From assembly GCA_003558435.1 (NCBI GenBank), contig PWLR01000086.1:33640-97639 (forward strand): 64,000 nt of DNA, given 5' to 3'. This document shows, piece by piece, positions 36,347 to 48,568 of the stretch (position 1 is the first letter of the stretch; every line of letters begins with the position of its first letter). Made by a program: the position numbers and the translations under genes. This DNA comes from Nitriliruptoraceae bacterium (lineage in GTDB: Bacteria > Actinomycetota > Nitriliruptoria > Nitriliruptorales > Nitriliruptoraceae). The notes below the pieces were generated by a model. The model had not been told where the DNA came from, did no database searches, and worked only from the letters and a program-made list of their open reading frames with translations.

Positions 36347-36718
36347 ATGACCGTTCGCCCCGCGCGCCGGCTGCCGATGACACTCGTCGCGATCCTCGCC
36401 CTCACCGCCTGCAACGGCGAGCCGGACGAGGGCGCGCCGGAACAGACGGCGCAGTCGGTGGCCGTCGTCGGGCAGGACACCTTGACCTGGGATGCGGAGG
36501 AGTTGACCGTCGATGCGGGCACCATCACCGTGGAACTCACCTGCGAAGACGGCGTCAACCACAACTTCGTGATCGCCGAGACCGACGAGGAGGTCGCCGA
36601 GTGCGCTCCCGGTGAGAGCGTCAGCGGCACCGTGGATCTCGACGCCGGCGAGTACGAGTACGTCTGCACCGTCCCCGGTCACGAGCAGACCATGCGAGGC
36701 ACGTTGACGGTCAACTGA
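36347..36718 (+). CDS. cupredoxin (type-1 blue copper) lipoprotein
   Basis: AGGAG upstream. Lipobox LALTAC. Copper ligands ..NHNF.. and ..YVCTVPGHEQTMRG.. (Cys, His, Met). 123 aa. Confidence 0.8.
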   Translation: MTVRPARRLPMTLVAILALTACNGEPDEGAPEQTAQSVAVVGQDTLTWDAEELTVDAGTITVELTCEDGVNHNFVIAETDEEVAECAPGESVSGTVDLDAGEYEYVCTVPGHEQTMRGTLTVN

Positions 36719-36727
36719 CGCGACGGA

Positions 36728-37687
36728 TCACACCTGCGCGTCACCCGAGCCGCGGAACCCGCGGTCGAGCAGACCGCTCGCGTAGGCACGCACGGAAGCG
36801 TCGGCGGTGTCAGGGAGCTCGTCCTCCAGCGTGCGCGCGAACGCGTCCGCGGTCGCGTTGATCACCACGGTGAAGCCGGCGCCGGCTCCCTCCCCGCCGA
36901 GCACACTGGGATCCTCGGAGACCGCATCCATGTAGTCGGCCCACGAATCGAGGTGGGCGACATAGCGGTCACGCACCTCCTCTGCCCCGTCGACGTCCAA
37001 CTCGTCGTCGAGTCGGTCCCGGACTTCGAGCAGATCGTCACGGGCCGTCGCCCCGATGTCCTGCAGTTCTTCGATGAGCGCATCCGGGGACTCCGCCGGC
37101 CCGGAGAAGATCGTCGCCAGCTCGTCCTGGAAGGCGATCATGACCCGTTCTGAGGCGTCGATGTCGACCAGGAGTTGGCCGTAGACGGCATCGGCGCCGG
37201 ACAACGACTCGAGGTCGGGCGGCTCGAGCACGTCGCCGGCCGCCTCGTCGTCGGTGCCCTCGCGGTCCCCTCCCTCTGGGGGGTCGGGGCTGCCGTCGTC
37301 GGCCTCGTCGTCGACGGGGTCTCCGCCGAACGCGAAGGGTGCGTCCCCGCGTTCGAAGGTGGTGGCCACCGCGAACCCGACGGGCACGCCGACCACCAGC
37401 AGGACCGCGGCCACGAGCAGGGACCGCCGACGGCGACGGCGACGGCGTACCGGCGGCGGGATCGGGGGGCCCTCGGCGTCCTCGACCTCGACCTCGAGGT
37501 CATCGCGCTCGGCCCGCGGCGCCGTGGCGGCGCCGGCATCGGGTGGGGTCCAGGAGGCTCCGGGCGTGCCGGGAGCTGCGGCCGGCGGCGGGCCCGGTGG
37601 TGGCGGGAACGGTGGCCTCGGGGCCGTGCCGCCGTCGCGTGGCGTCGCCGGATCCTCGGTGGAGCCGTCGGTGTCGTGCGGATCCAC
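36728..37687 (-). CDS. single-pass membrane protein with Pro-rich N-terminus, poly-Arg anchor and acidic ectodomain; function unknown
   Basis: In-frame part of track ORF 36728..38020 lying below the ilvA stop. Tentative GTG 37687. ..PPVRRRRRRRRSLLVAAVLLVVGVPVGFAV.. is followed by a ~230-aa Asp/Glu-rich domain. Start is uncertain. Confidence 0.5.
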   Translation of the reverse strand: MDPHDTDGSTEDPATPRDGGTAPRPPFPPPPGPPPAAAPGTPGASWTPPDAGAATAPRAERDDLEVEVEDAEGPPIPPPVRRRRRRRRSLLVAAVLLVVGVPVGFAVATTFERGDAPFAFGGDPVDDEADDGSPDPPEGGDREGTDDEAAGDVLEPPDLESLSGADAVYGQLLVDIDASERVMIAFQDELATIFSGPAESPDALIEELQDIGATARDDLLEVRDRLDDELDVDGAEEVRDRYVAHLDSWADYMDAVSEDPSVLGGEGAGAGFTVVINATADAFARTLEDELPDTADASVRAYASGLLDRGFRGSGDAQV

Positions 37688-37763
37688 GCGGTCCCCCCGC
37701 TCGGCCGGGGGCCAACGTACCGGCAGCTCCCACGTGGCCGAGCCCGTCCGTAGGGGCTCGCGA

Positions 37764-38972
37764 TCAGTCGGTGACGATCGGGAAGCCCTCCGACTCGAGC
37801 GCCGCGTGCAGCGCCGTGACGTGGTCGTTGCCACGGGTCTCGAGCTCGAGGACGACCTCGACCTGGCCGAGCTGGAGCCGGTGCTGCAACCGGTGGTGCG
37901 AGACCCCGACGACGCTGGCACGGGCCTCGGCGACCAACGCCAGCAGCCTCGACAGCTCACCGGGGACATCGGCCACGCGGGTCCGCAGGGTGGAGTAGCG
38001 CCCGACCGACGCCAGACCACCGGTGACCAGATGCTGGAGCACGAGGGGGTCGATGTTGCCGCCGGAGACGGTCGCGACCACCCGCCCCCTGGTGTCGACC
38101 TTGCCGGCGAGCAGTGCCGCGACCGCGGCTGCCCCAGCCGGTTCGGCGACCAACTTGGCCCGTTCGAGCAGCAGTACCACCGCGGAGGCGAGTTCCTCGT
38201 CGGTGACCGTGACCATGTCGTCGACCAGCGCCTCCACGTGCTTCAGGGTCAGCACGCCCGGTCGCTTGACCGCGATGCCGTCGGCGATGGTGTTGGCGGT
38301 GGGCAGCAGCAGGGGGCGACCCGCAGCCAGCGAGGGCGCGAACGAGGCGCATCCGGCGGCCTGGACCCCGACGATCCGGATGTCGGGCTTGAGCGCCCGG
38401 AGGGCGACCGCGGTACCCGAGATCAGGCCGCCACCACCGACACAGACCACGACCGTGCCGATGTCGGGGACCTGCTCGGCGAGCTCCAGACCGAGCGTTC
38501 CCTGGCCGGCGATGATGTCCGCGTGATCGAACGGGTGGACGAAGACGCGTCCCTGCTCCTCGGCGAGCGTCTGCGCCGCGTCCATCGCCTCGTGCAACCC
38601 CGGCCCCACGAGCTCCACCTCGGCGCCGTAGGCCAGCGTCGCGGCCAACTTCGGCAGGGGCGCTTCGGTCGGCATGAACACCGTGGAGTGCACCCCCTGC
38701 ATCGAGGCCGCCAACGCCACCCCCTGAGCGTGGTTGCCCGCCGAGGCACACACCACCCCACGCTCGCGTTCCTCACGGTCCAACTGGGCGATGCGGTTGT
38801 AGGCCCCGCGCAGCTTGAACGAGCCGGTGCGCTGCAGGTTCTCGCACTTGAGCCAGACGTCGGCGCCGACCAGCTCGCCGATCGCGCGCGAGCGCTCGAC
38901 CGGCGTCGTGCTGGACACGCCTTCGAGCCGGACGGCCGCCGCTCGCACGTCATCGATGGTCACCAGCGCCAC
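37764..38972 (-). CDS. ilvA: threonine ammonia-lyase (threonine dehydratase), short form with one ACT-like domain
   Basis: GTG 38972 with AGGAGG 6 nt upstream. ..CENLQRTGSFKLRGAYN.. (PLP Lys), ..VCASAGNHAQG.., ..GGGGLISG... The track ORF extends spuriously to 39728. Confidence 0.9.
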   Translation of the reverse strand: MALVTIDDVRAAAVRLEGVSSTTPVERSRAIGELVGADVWLKCENLQRTGSFKLRGAYNRIAQLDREERERGVVCASAGNHAQGVALAASMQGVHSTVFMPTEAPLPKLAATLAYGAEVELVGPGLHEAMDAAQTLAEEQGRVFVHPFDHADIIAGQGTLGLELAEQVPDIGTVVVCVGGGGLISGTAVALRALKPDIRIVGVQAAGCASFAPSLAAGRPLLLPTANTIADGIAVKRPGVLTLKHVEALVDDMVTVTDEELASAVVLLLERAKLVAEPAGAAAVAALLAGKVDTRGRVVATVSGGNIDPLVLQHLVTGGLASVGRYSTLRTRVADVPGELSRLLALVAEARASVVGVSHHRLQHRLQLGQVEVVLELETRGNDHVTALHAALESEGFPIVTD

Positions 38973-39035
38973 GGGGCACCTCCTGATCGCGGTGAGGGTA
39001 GGGGGCGGGGCCCCCGCGACGTCGGGAGGTGCCCC
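38973..39035 (-). promoter_or_regulatory. 11-bp inverted repeat able to sequester the ilvA Shine-Dalgarno
   Basis: GGGGCACCTCC (38973-38983) and GGAGGTGCCCC (39025-39035) are perfect complements 41 nt apart. On the minus-strand mRNA the proximal arm is the ilvA SD, immediately 5' of GTG 38972. Confidence 0.45.
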
Positions 39036-39141
39036 GGCTCGCCTCTCGCGCTCGCCGCGGCCTAGCCTCGACCCCACGAGGCGATGCGAGCCGTGACCGA
39101 CCGCCACCGCCACCGAACCGCCGAACCAGGAGCACCAGACG

Positions 39142-40533
39142 ATGGCTGACGAGTTCCGCACCGCACGCGACACCATGGGCGAGATGCGCATCCCGATCGA
39201 CGCCCTGTGGGGGGCGTCGACCCAACGCGCGGTCGAGAACTTCCCCGTGTCCGGCCAGCCGGTCCCGGTCCAGGTCGTGCACGCCCACGCGATGTTGAAG
39301 TGGGCCGCGGCGATCGCCAACCAGGACATGGGCGTGGTCGACGCGGAGGTCGCGGAGGCCATCAAGCAGGCCGCCGACGAGGTCATCGCCGGCCAGCACG
39401 ACCACCAGTTCCCCGTCGACACCTTCCAGACCGGGTCGGGCACCTCGACCAACATGAACGTCAACGAGGTGCTGGCCAACCGGGCCAAGCAGATCGCCGG
39501 TGAGGACCTCGCCTCGGACAAGGTGCATCCCAACGACCACGTCAACGCCTCACAGTCGTCGAACGACACGTTCCCGACGTCCGTGCACGTCGCCGTCGCA
39601 CGGGTCGCCAAGACCGAACTGATCCCGGCGCTCCAGCACCTCGCCACCTCGCTGCGCGCGAAGGCCGACGAGTGGAAGGACGTGGTCAAGTCCGGGCGTA
39701 CCCATCTGATGGACGCCACCCCGGTCACCCTGGGCCAGGAGTTCGCCGGCTACGCCCGTCAGATCGAGCTCGGCATCGCCCGGGTGGAGAAGTCGCTCGA
39801 ATCCGTCTACGAGCTCGCCCTCGGGGGCACCGCGGTCGGCACCGGCCTCAACTGCCCCCCGGGGTTCGTCGACCGCGTCATCGAACTGATGGCCGACCGC
39901 ACCGGCCTGCCCTTCCGCGAGGCTGAGGACCACTTCGAGGCCCAGGGCGCGCGCGACGCGCTGGTGGAGGTCTCCGGCGCCCTGAAGACGGTCGCGGTCA
40001 GTCTCATCAAGATCGCCAACGACGTGCGGTGGATGGCCTCGGGACCACGCACCGGCCTGTACGAGATCCAGCTGCCGGAGATCCAGCCGGGCAGCTCGAT
40101 CATGCCGGGCAAGGTGAACCCGGTCATCCCCGAGTCGGTCCGCCAGGTCGCCGCGCAGGTGATCGGCAACGACGCTGCCGTGACGATCGGGGGGCTGTCG
40201 GGCGAGCTCGAGCTCAACGTGATGATCCCGTTGATGGCGCGCAACGTCATCGAGTCCGAGACCCTGCTGGCGACCGTGTCGCGCATCTTCGTGGACAAGT
40301 GCCTCGACGGCACGGAAGCGACCTCGCAGGGTCCGGAGCTGGTGGAACGTTCGCTGATGCAGGTCACCGCCTTGGTGCCGGAGTTCGGCTACGAGCGCTC
40401 CGCGGGGCTCGCGAAGAAGGCCCACAAGACCGGCCAGACCCTGCGTGAGGTGGCGCTCGAGGACGGCATCCCCGAGGACAAGCTCGACCGGCTGCTCGAC
40501 TACAAGCGCATGACCGAGGGCGGGGTGCTGTAA
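39142..40533 (+). CDS. fumC: class II fumarate hydratase
   Basis: ..[27 protein letters not shown].., ..[14 protein letters not shown].., ..[11 protein letters not shown].. (signature). 463 aa. Confidence 0.95.
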   Translation: MADEFRTARDTMGEMRIPIDALWGASTQRAVENFPVSGQPVPVQVVHAHAMLKWAAAIANQDMGVVDAEVAEAIKQAADEVIAGQHDHQFPVDTFQTGSGTSTNMNVNEVLANRAKQIAGEDLASDKVHPNDHVNASQSSNDTFPTSVHVAVARVAKTELIPALQHLATSLRAKADEWKDVVKSGRTHLMDATPVTLGQEFAGYARQIELGIARVEKSLESVYELALGGTAVGTGLNCPPGFVDRVIELMADRTGLPFREAEDHFEAQGARDALVEVSGALKTVAVSLIKIANDVRWMASGPRTGLYEIQLPEIQPGSSIMPGKVNPVIPESVRQVAAQVIGNDAAVTIGGLSGELELNVMIPLMARNVIESETLLATVSRIFVDKCLDGTEATSQGPELVERSLMQVTALVPEFGYERSAGLAKKAHKTGQTLREVALEDGIPEDKLDRLLDYKRMTEGGVL

Positions 40534-40698
40534 GCCAGCGGCCCCGGGCAGAAGCGACCCACCGTCAGCCGTCGGGGCGCCGGCGGCTCCGACCCGTCTG
40601 CCGAGCGGGCCCAACGGCTCTAGGCTGGCCCCAGGGTTCGGCGGACGATCGACGTGGGAGCGGGCGCGCTCGCGTCGCACCCGCCCCGGAGCACCACG

Positions 40699-42153
40699 AT
40701 GTCCACCGGTGCCCGGTCGTCACGCCACGTCACGGTCCTCGTCCTGGCCGCGCTGCTGTTCGGTCTGCTGGTACCGGCCGCGACGCCGGCGGCGACGGCG
40801 GCCGCGCCGATGTTCGGCCACGACATCTCGTGGCCGCAGTGCTCGGTGGCCGCCGGCGGCTACGGGCTGCCGATGCCGCCGAGCTCGACCGAGTTCGTGA
40901 TCATCGGACTGACCAAGGGCCTGCCGTTCACGGAGAACCCGTGCCTCGCGTCGCAACGCGCGTGGACCACGTCCCGATCGAAGCCGGCGCACGCCTACAC
41001 CATCCCCGCCTACCCCACGGCCGCCCAGCTCACCAAGCACAAGGCCGCGGGCCCCTGGTCGAGCGCGACCCCCGCGGGCCGACTCAGCAACGTGGGTTAT
41101 GCGGAGGCCGCCTTCGCACTGGGCACCCTGAAGAAGGTCGGCTGGACGCCACCGGTCGTGTGGATCGACGTCGAGCCCCGACCCGCCCAGCCGTGGCCCT
41201 CGGGCACGAGCGGCCAGCGGCTACGGAACCGCTACGTGATCGAGGGGATGATGCGCGGCTTCCGGGACGCCGGCATGGCCTACGGCCTGTACTCCTACAC
41301 CAACGGTTGGAAGGAGATCGTCGGCTCGTGGCGGTTGCCCGGGGTGCCGGTCTGGGCGACGGCGGGACGCCTCGACTACCCCGACGAAGCGTTGGACCGC
41401 TGCTCACAGCCGAGCTTCTCCGGGGGCCGGGTCCTCATCTCCCAGTGGTACGACGACACCCGGGACTACGACCGCACCTGCGGGTCCTACGCCTTCACCG
41501 CCCTGCGTGTCCCACCGTCCTCGCTGTCGAACTCCACGAACGAGTTCGACGGCGACTGGAACAACGACGTGCTGGCTCGGGTCGCGGCGAGTGGTGACCT
41601 GCGCCTGTATGCGGGTGACGGCCGCGGCAAGCTCCGGGCGCCGGTGCGCATCGGCAAGGGGTGGCAGGTGATGGACCTGTTCGACACCGCGGGTGACCTG
41701 AACGGGGACGGGGCCCTGGATGTCATCGCCCGGGAGAAGGCGACCGGCTACCTGTGGCTGTACCCGGGCAACGGCAAGGGCGCGTTCAAGGCGCGCATCC
41801 GGATCGGGACCGGCTGGAACGCCATGAACGCCCTCGTCGGGGCCGGCGACCTCAACGGTGACGGCCGGGACGATGTCATCGCCCGCCAGAAGTCGAACGG
41901 CTGGCTGTGGCTGTACCCGGGCAACGGCACAGGCGGGTTCTCCCCCCGCGTGCGCATCGGCACCAGCTCCGGCTGGAACGCCATGAACGCCCTCGTCGGG
42001 GCCGGCGACCTCAACGGTGATCGTCATGCCGACCTGCTGGCGCGCAACGCCAAGACCGGCGAACTCTGGCTCTACCCCGGCAACGGCAAGGGCGGGTTCG
42101 GCACCCGGGTGAAGGTCGGCACGAGCTGGAAGGGCCTCGACTCGCTGAGGTGA
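40699..42153 (+). CDS. secreted protein: glycoside-hydrolase-like N-terminal domain (GH25/Rv2525c-like) plus FG-GAP/VCBS repeats
   Basis: ATG 40699. Signal peptide ..VLVLAALLFGLLVPAATPAATAAAP. FGHDISWPQC.. in the N-domain. At least four repeats of the type GDLNGDG..D(V/L)(I/L)AR....G.LWLYPGNG.G.F. Confidence 0.75.
   Translation: MSTGARSSRHVTVLVLAALLFGLLVPAATPAATAAAPMFGHDISWPQCSVAAGGYGLPMPPSSTEFVIIGLTKGLPFTENPCLASQRAWTTSRSKPAHAYTIPAYPTAAQLTKHKAAGPWSSATPAGRLSNVGYAEAAFALGTLKKVGWTPPVVWIDVEPRPAQPWPSGTSGQRLRNRYVIEGMMRGFRDAGMAYGLYSYTNGWKEIVGSWRLPGVPVWATAGRLDYPDEALDRCSQPSFSGGRVLISQWYDDTRDYDRTCGSYAFTALRVPPSSLSNSTNEFDGDWNNDVLARVAASGDLRLYAGDGRGKLRAPVRIGKGWQVMDLFDTAGDLNGDGALDVIAREKATGYLWLYPGNGKGAFKARIRIGTGWNAMNALVGAGDLNGDGRDDVIARQKSNGWLWLYPGNGTGGFSPRVRIGTSSGWNAMNALVGAGDLNGDRHADLLARNAKTGELWLYPGNGKGGFGTRVKVGTSWKGLDSLR
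41752..42063. repeat. recent internal duplication (153/159-bp period) within the FG-GAP repeat region
   Basis: A 50-nt block GGCTGGAACGCCATGAACGCCCTCGTCGGGGCCGGCGACCTCAACGGTGA occurs identically at 41812-41861 and 41971-42020. CTGTGGCTGTACCCGGGCAACGGCA occurs at 41752 and 41905. Confidence 0.85.
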
Positions 42154-42315
42154 TCCGCTCGTTCGACGGCGCTCGGACGGCCCACGCCTGGCGTTGACGC
42201 GGCGACGCCGGTCATCCGCCGGCGGCGAGCCCGGGGACGCCGCCGGCCGCCTCGAGCCGCCCCCCTCCCCCATGAGCGGGAGACCAGATGACGGTCGAGT
42301 GGCCGGCTGAGACGG

Positions 42316-42480
42316 TCAGCCCGGGCCCTTGCCCGCGCCGCTGCGCCCTCGGGAACCCATCACGGCTCCGACGACCAACAGGATCAGGCTGATGATCAAC
42401 AGCCAGAACAACCCTTCGACGATGATGCCGATACCGCCGAAGATCAACGCCAGGATGATCAGGACGATCACGATGCCCAT
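42316..42480 (-). CDS. 54-aa hydrophobic small protein (below the ORF-track size cut-off)
   Basis: My translation: MGIVIVLIILALIFGGIGIIVEGLFWLLIISLILLVVGAVMGSRGRSGAGKGPG*. Good GC3 bias. GAGAGGA lies 6 nt upstream of ATG 42480. Two TM helices. Confidence 0.55.
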   Translation of the reverse strand: MGIVIVLIILALIFGGIGIIVEGLFWLLIISLILLVVGAVMGSRGRSGAGKGPG

Positions 42481-42610
42481 ACACGGTCCTCTCTGTAGAG
42501 CCGAACCCTACGACCCGCCGTCGTGACCACGTACCCGTGCGAAGGGCGGGGTGGCCGTTCGACCACGATTCCTTGTCGCGCCACAGCGTCGAGGTCGCGT
42601 AGGGAGCCCA

Positions 42611-42648
42611 GCCCCGACCGGCAGGCGCGGCCCCGACCGGCAGGCGCG
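42611..42648. repeat. perfect 19-bp tandem repeat x2 (GCCCCGACCGGCAGGCGCG)
   Basis: Units at 42611-42629 and 42630-42648, read directly. Intergenic, between the glnD stop and the small ORF start. Confidence 0.95.
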
Positions 42649-42688
42649 ACATCGGACGCCACGCGCGACGCCGGCCGGTGGGCGCGCC

Positions 42689-46986
<4,298 letters not shown>

Positions 46987-47350
46987 CCTCCGAGGTTCTT
47001 CGGCACGCTTCGAGGCTCGTCACCGCTCAGCGTCATCCTCGGGCGCGCCACCGAGGCAGGGGTCACACAGCGTCACCAGCGTAGGTGGCCGACGGCCGGC
47101 CGACGTCGACGGATCCGACACCCTCCCGGCGGGGGCACGCGATCGCCGCCGCCCGAACCCTCAGCCTCAGCTCGACAGGCACATCCCCGGCACCCGCAGA
47201 AACGCCCTGAGTGGCCATACGCGCACTCCCCTCGCGAGGTCGCGCGCTCACACGTGTCGTTCGCTGCCTCCGTGCACGCGACGCACGGACAGGCACAGCG
47301 TGCGTCAAGAGTCAGTTCAATAGCCCTTGACAGTCTGCCCCTGACTGTCA

Positions 47351-47486
47351 GGTGCGCCACCATGTCCGACGCCCCATCGGACGGCGCACCAGGTGGGCGC
47401 CCTTCCCCAAGGGCCGCCCATCAGCCGGTCGACGCCGTGCCCCGCGCGTCCCGGCTTCGGACCCCCGGCGTTCGCGCCGGGGGTCC
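47351..47486 (+). ncRNA. candidate structured small RNA (three consecutive hairpins); very tentative
   Basis: Nested hairpin 47351-47390 (GGTGCGCC..GTCCGA-cgcccca-TCGGAC-GGCGCACC). Hairpin 47394-47420 with a CCCC loop. 12-bp hairpin 47459-47486 followed by ACCTCTTTC. TTGACA at 47327-47332 lies upstream. No coding signal (poor GC3) on either strand. Confidence 0.2.
47459..47486. terminator. 12-bp perfect hairpin (GGACCCCCGGCG-ttcg-CGCCGGGGGTCC)
   Basis: Read directly. Lies 126 nt downstream of the sucD stop on the minus strand and at the 3' end of the plus-strand hairpin series. Could terminate either. Confidence 0.5.
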
Positions 47487-47611
47487 ACCTCTTTCACCGA
47501 TCACGCCCCGGCGCTCGGCCCACCGGTGACCCGCCAACGGTCGGCCGGCGCTCACCGTCGCGTGCACGCCGCACGGGTCAGGTGACCGAGAGTGGTCGGT
47601 GCGTGGGCTGT

Positions 47612-48505
47612 TCAGCCCTGCTGCAGCCGTTCGATCATCAGCCGGGCGGCCTCGGAGGGGTTCATCGCCACCGAGATCCCGTAGCCCTCCAGGATCTCCT
47701 TCTTCTCCGCGGCGGACTCGCCGCCCTCGCCGCCCTCCTTCACGATCGCGCCGGCGTGGCCCATCTGCTTGCCCTCCGGCGCCTCGAAACCGGCGATGTA
47801 GCCCACCACCGGGATGTCGGGGATGTTGTCGCGGATCCATGCGCCGGCCTTCTGCTCCTCCGCCCCACCGATCTCGCCGACGAAGGCGATCGCGTCGGTC
47901 TCCGGGTCGGCGGCGAAGGCCTCGATCACGTCCAGGAACTGGGTGCCGATGACCGGGTCGCCACCGATCCCGACACAGGTCGAGATGCCGATGCCGGCCT
48001 GGGCCAGTTCGTGCATGATCTGGTAGGTCAGCGTGCCCGAGCGACTGACGAGCCCGACCTTGCCCGGGAAGGTGATGTCGGCCGGGATGATCCCGACGTT
48101 GGACTTGCCGGGGCTGATCAGCCCGGGACAGTTCGGTCCCAACAGCCGGACCCCACCGCGACGCACGACCGTGTCGTAGACCTCGGTCATGTCGTGGACG
48201 GGCACCCCTTCGGTGATGGCGATGATCGTCTCGACCCCCGCCTCGTAGGCCTCCAGGATCGCGTCCTTGGTGAACGGCGCGGGCACCATCACCATCGAGG
48301 TGTTGGCGCCGGCTTCCGTGACCGCTTCCTTCACGGAGGTGAAGACCGGCACGTCCAACCCCTCCCAGGTGGTGCCCCCCTTCTTGGGGTGGGTCCCGGC
48401 GACCACGTGGGTGCCGTACGCCTGGTTGCGCTTGGCGTGGAACGTGCCCTGGGATCCGATGCCCTGGACGACGACCTTCGTGCTCTCGTCGATGAAGATG
48501 CTCAT
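47612..48505 (-). CDS. sucD: succinate--CoA ligase subunit alpha
   Basis: MSIFIDESTKVVVQGIGSQGTFHAKRNQAYGTHVVAGTHPKKGG.., ..GHAGAIV.. (phospho-His). 297 aa. Confidence 0.95.
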   Translation of the reverse strand: MSIFIDESTKVVVQGIGSQGTFHAKRNQAYGTHVVAGTHPKKGGTTWEGLDVPVFTSVKEAVTEAGANTSMVMVPAPFTKDAILEAYEAGVETIIAITEGVPVHDMTEVYDTVVRRGGVRLLGPNCPGLISPGKSNVGIIPADITFPGKVGLVSRSGTLTYQIMHELAQAGIGISTCVGIGGDPVIGTQFLDVIEAFAADPETDAIAFVGEIGGAEEQKAGAWIRDNIPDIPVVGYIAGFEAPEGKQMGHAGAIVKEGGEGGESAAEKKEILEGYGISVAMNPSEAARLMIERLQQG

Positions 48506-48568
48506 CTGTGTTGTTCTCCTGCTGCGCCGCTCATCAGGGGCGCCTCGTGGTCAGCTCGTGACGGGCGC

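Noticed and set aside
47073-47363. 96-aa Cys-rich minus-strand ORF (CACPCVAC..CGCRGCAC), possible metallothionein or RiPP-like peptide
   Set aside because: It has poor third-position GC (many A/T-ending codons) and no convincing ribosome-binding site. The Cys codons arise from the GC-rich inverted repeats (TGC/GCA) that fill this region. Treated as noncoding structure.
47351-47420. Assignment of the two C-loop hairpins to the actinobacterial 6C RNA family
   Set aside because: 6C is defined by loops with runs of at least six C. These loops have only four consecutive C. I cannot run a covariance model, so it is kept only as a generic sRNA candidate.
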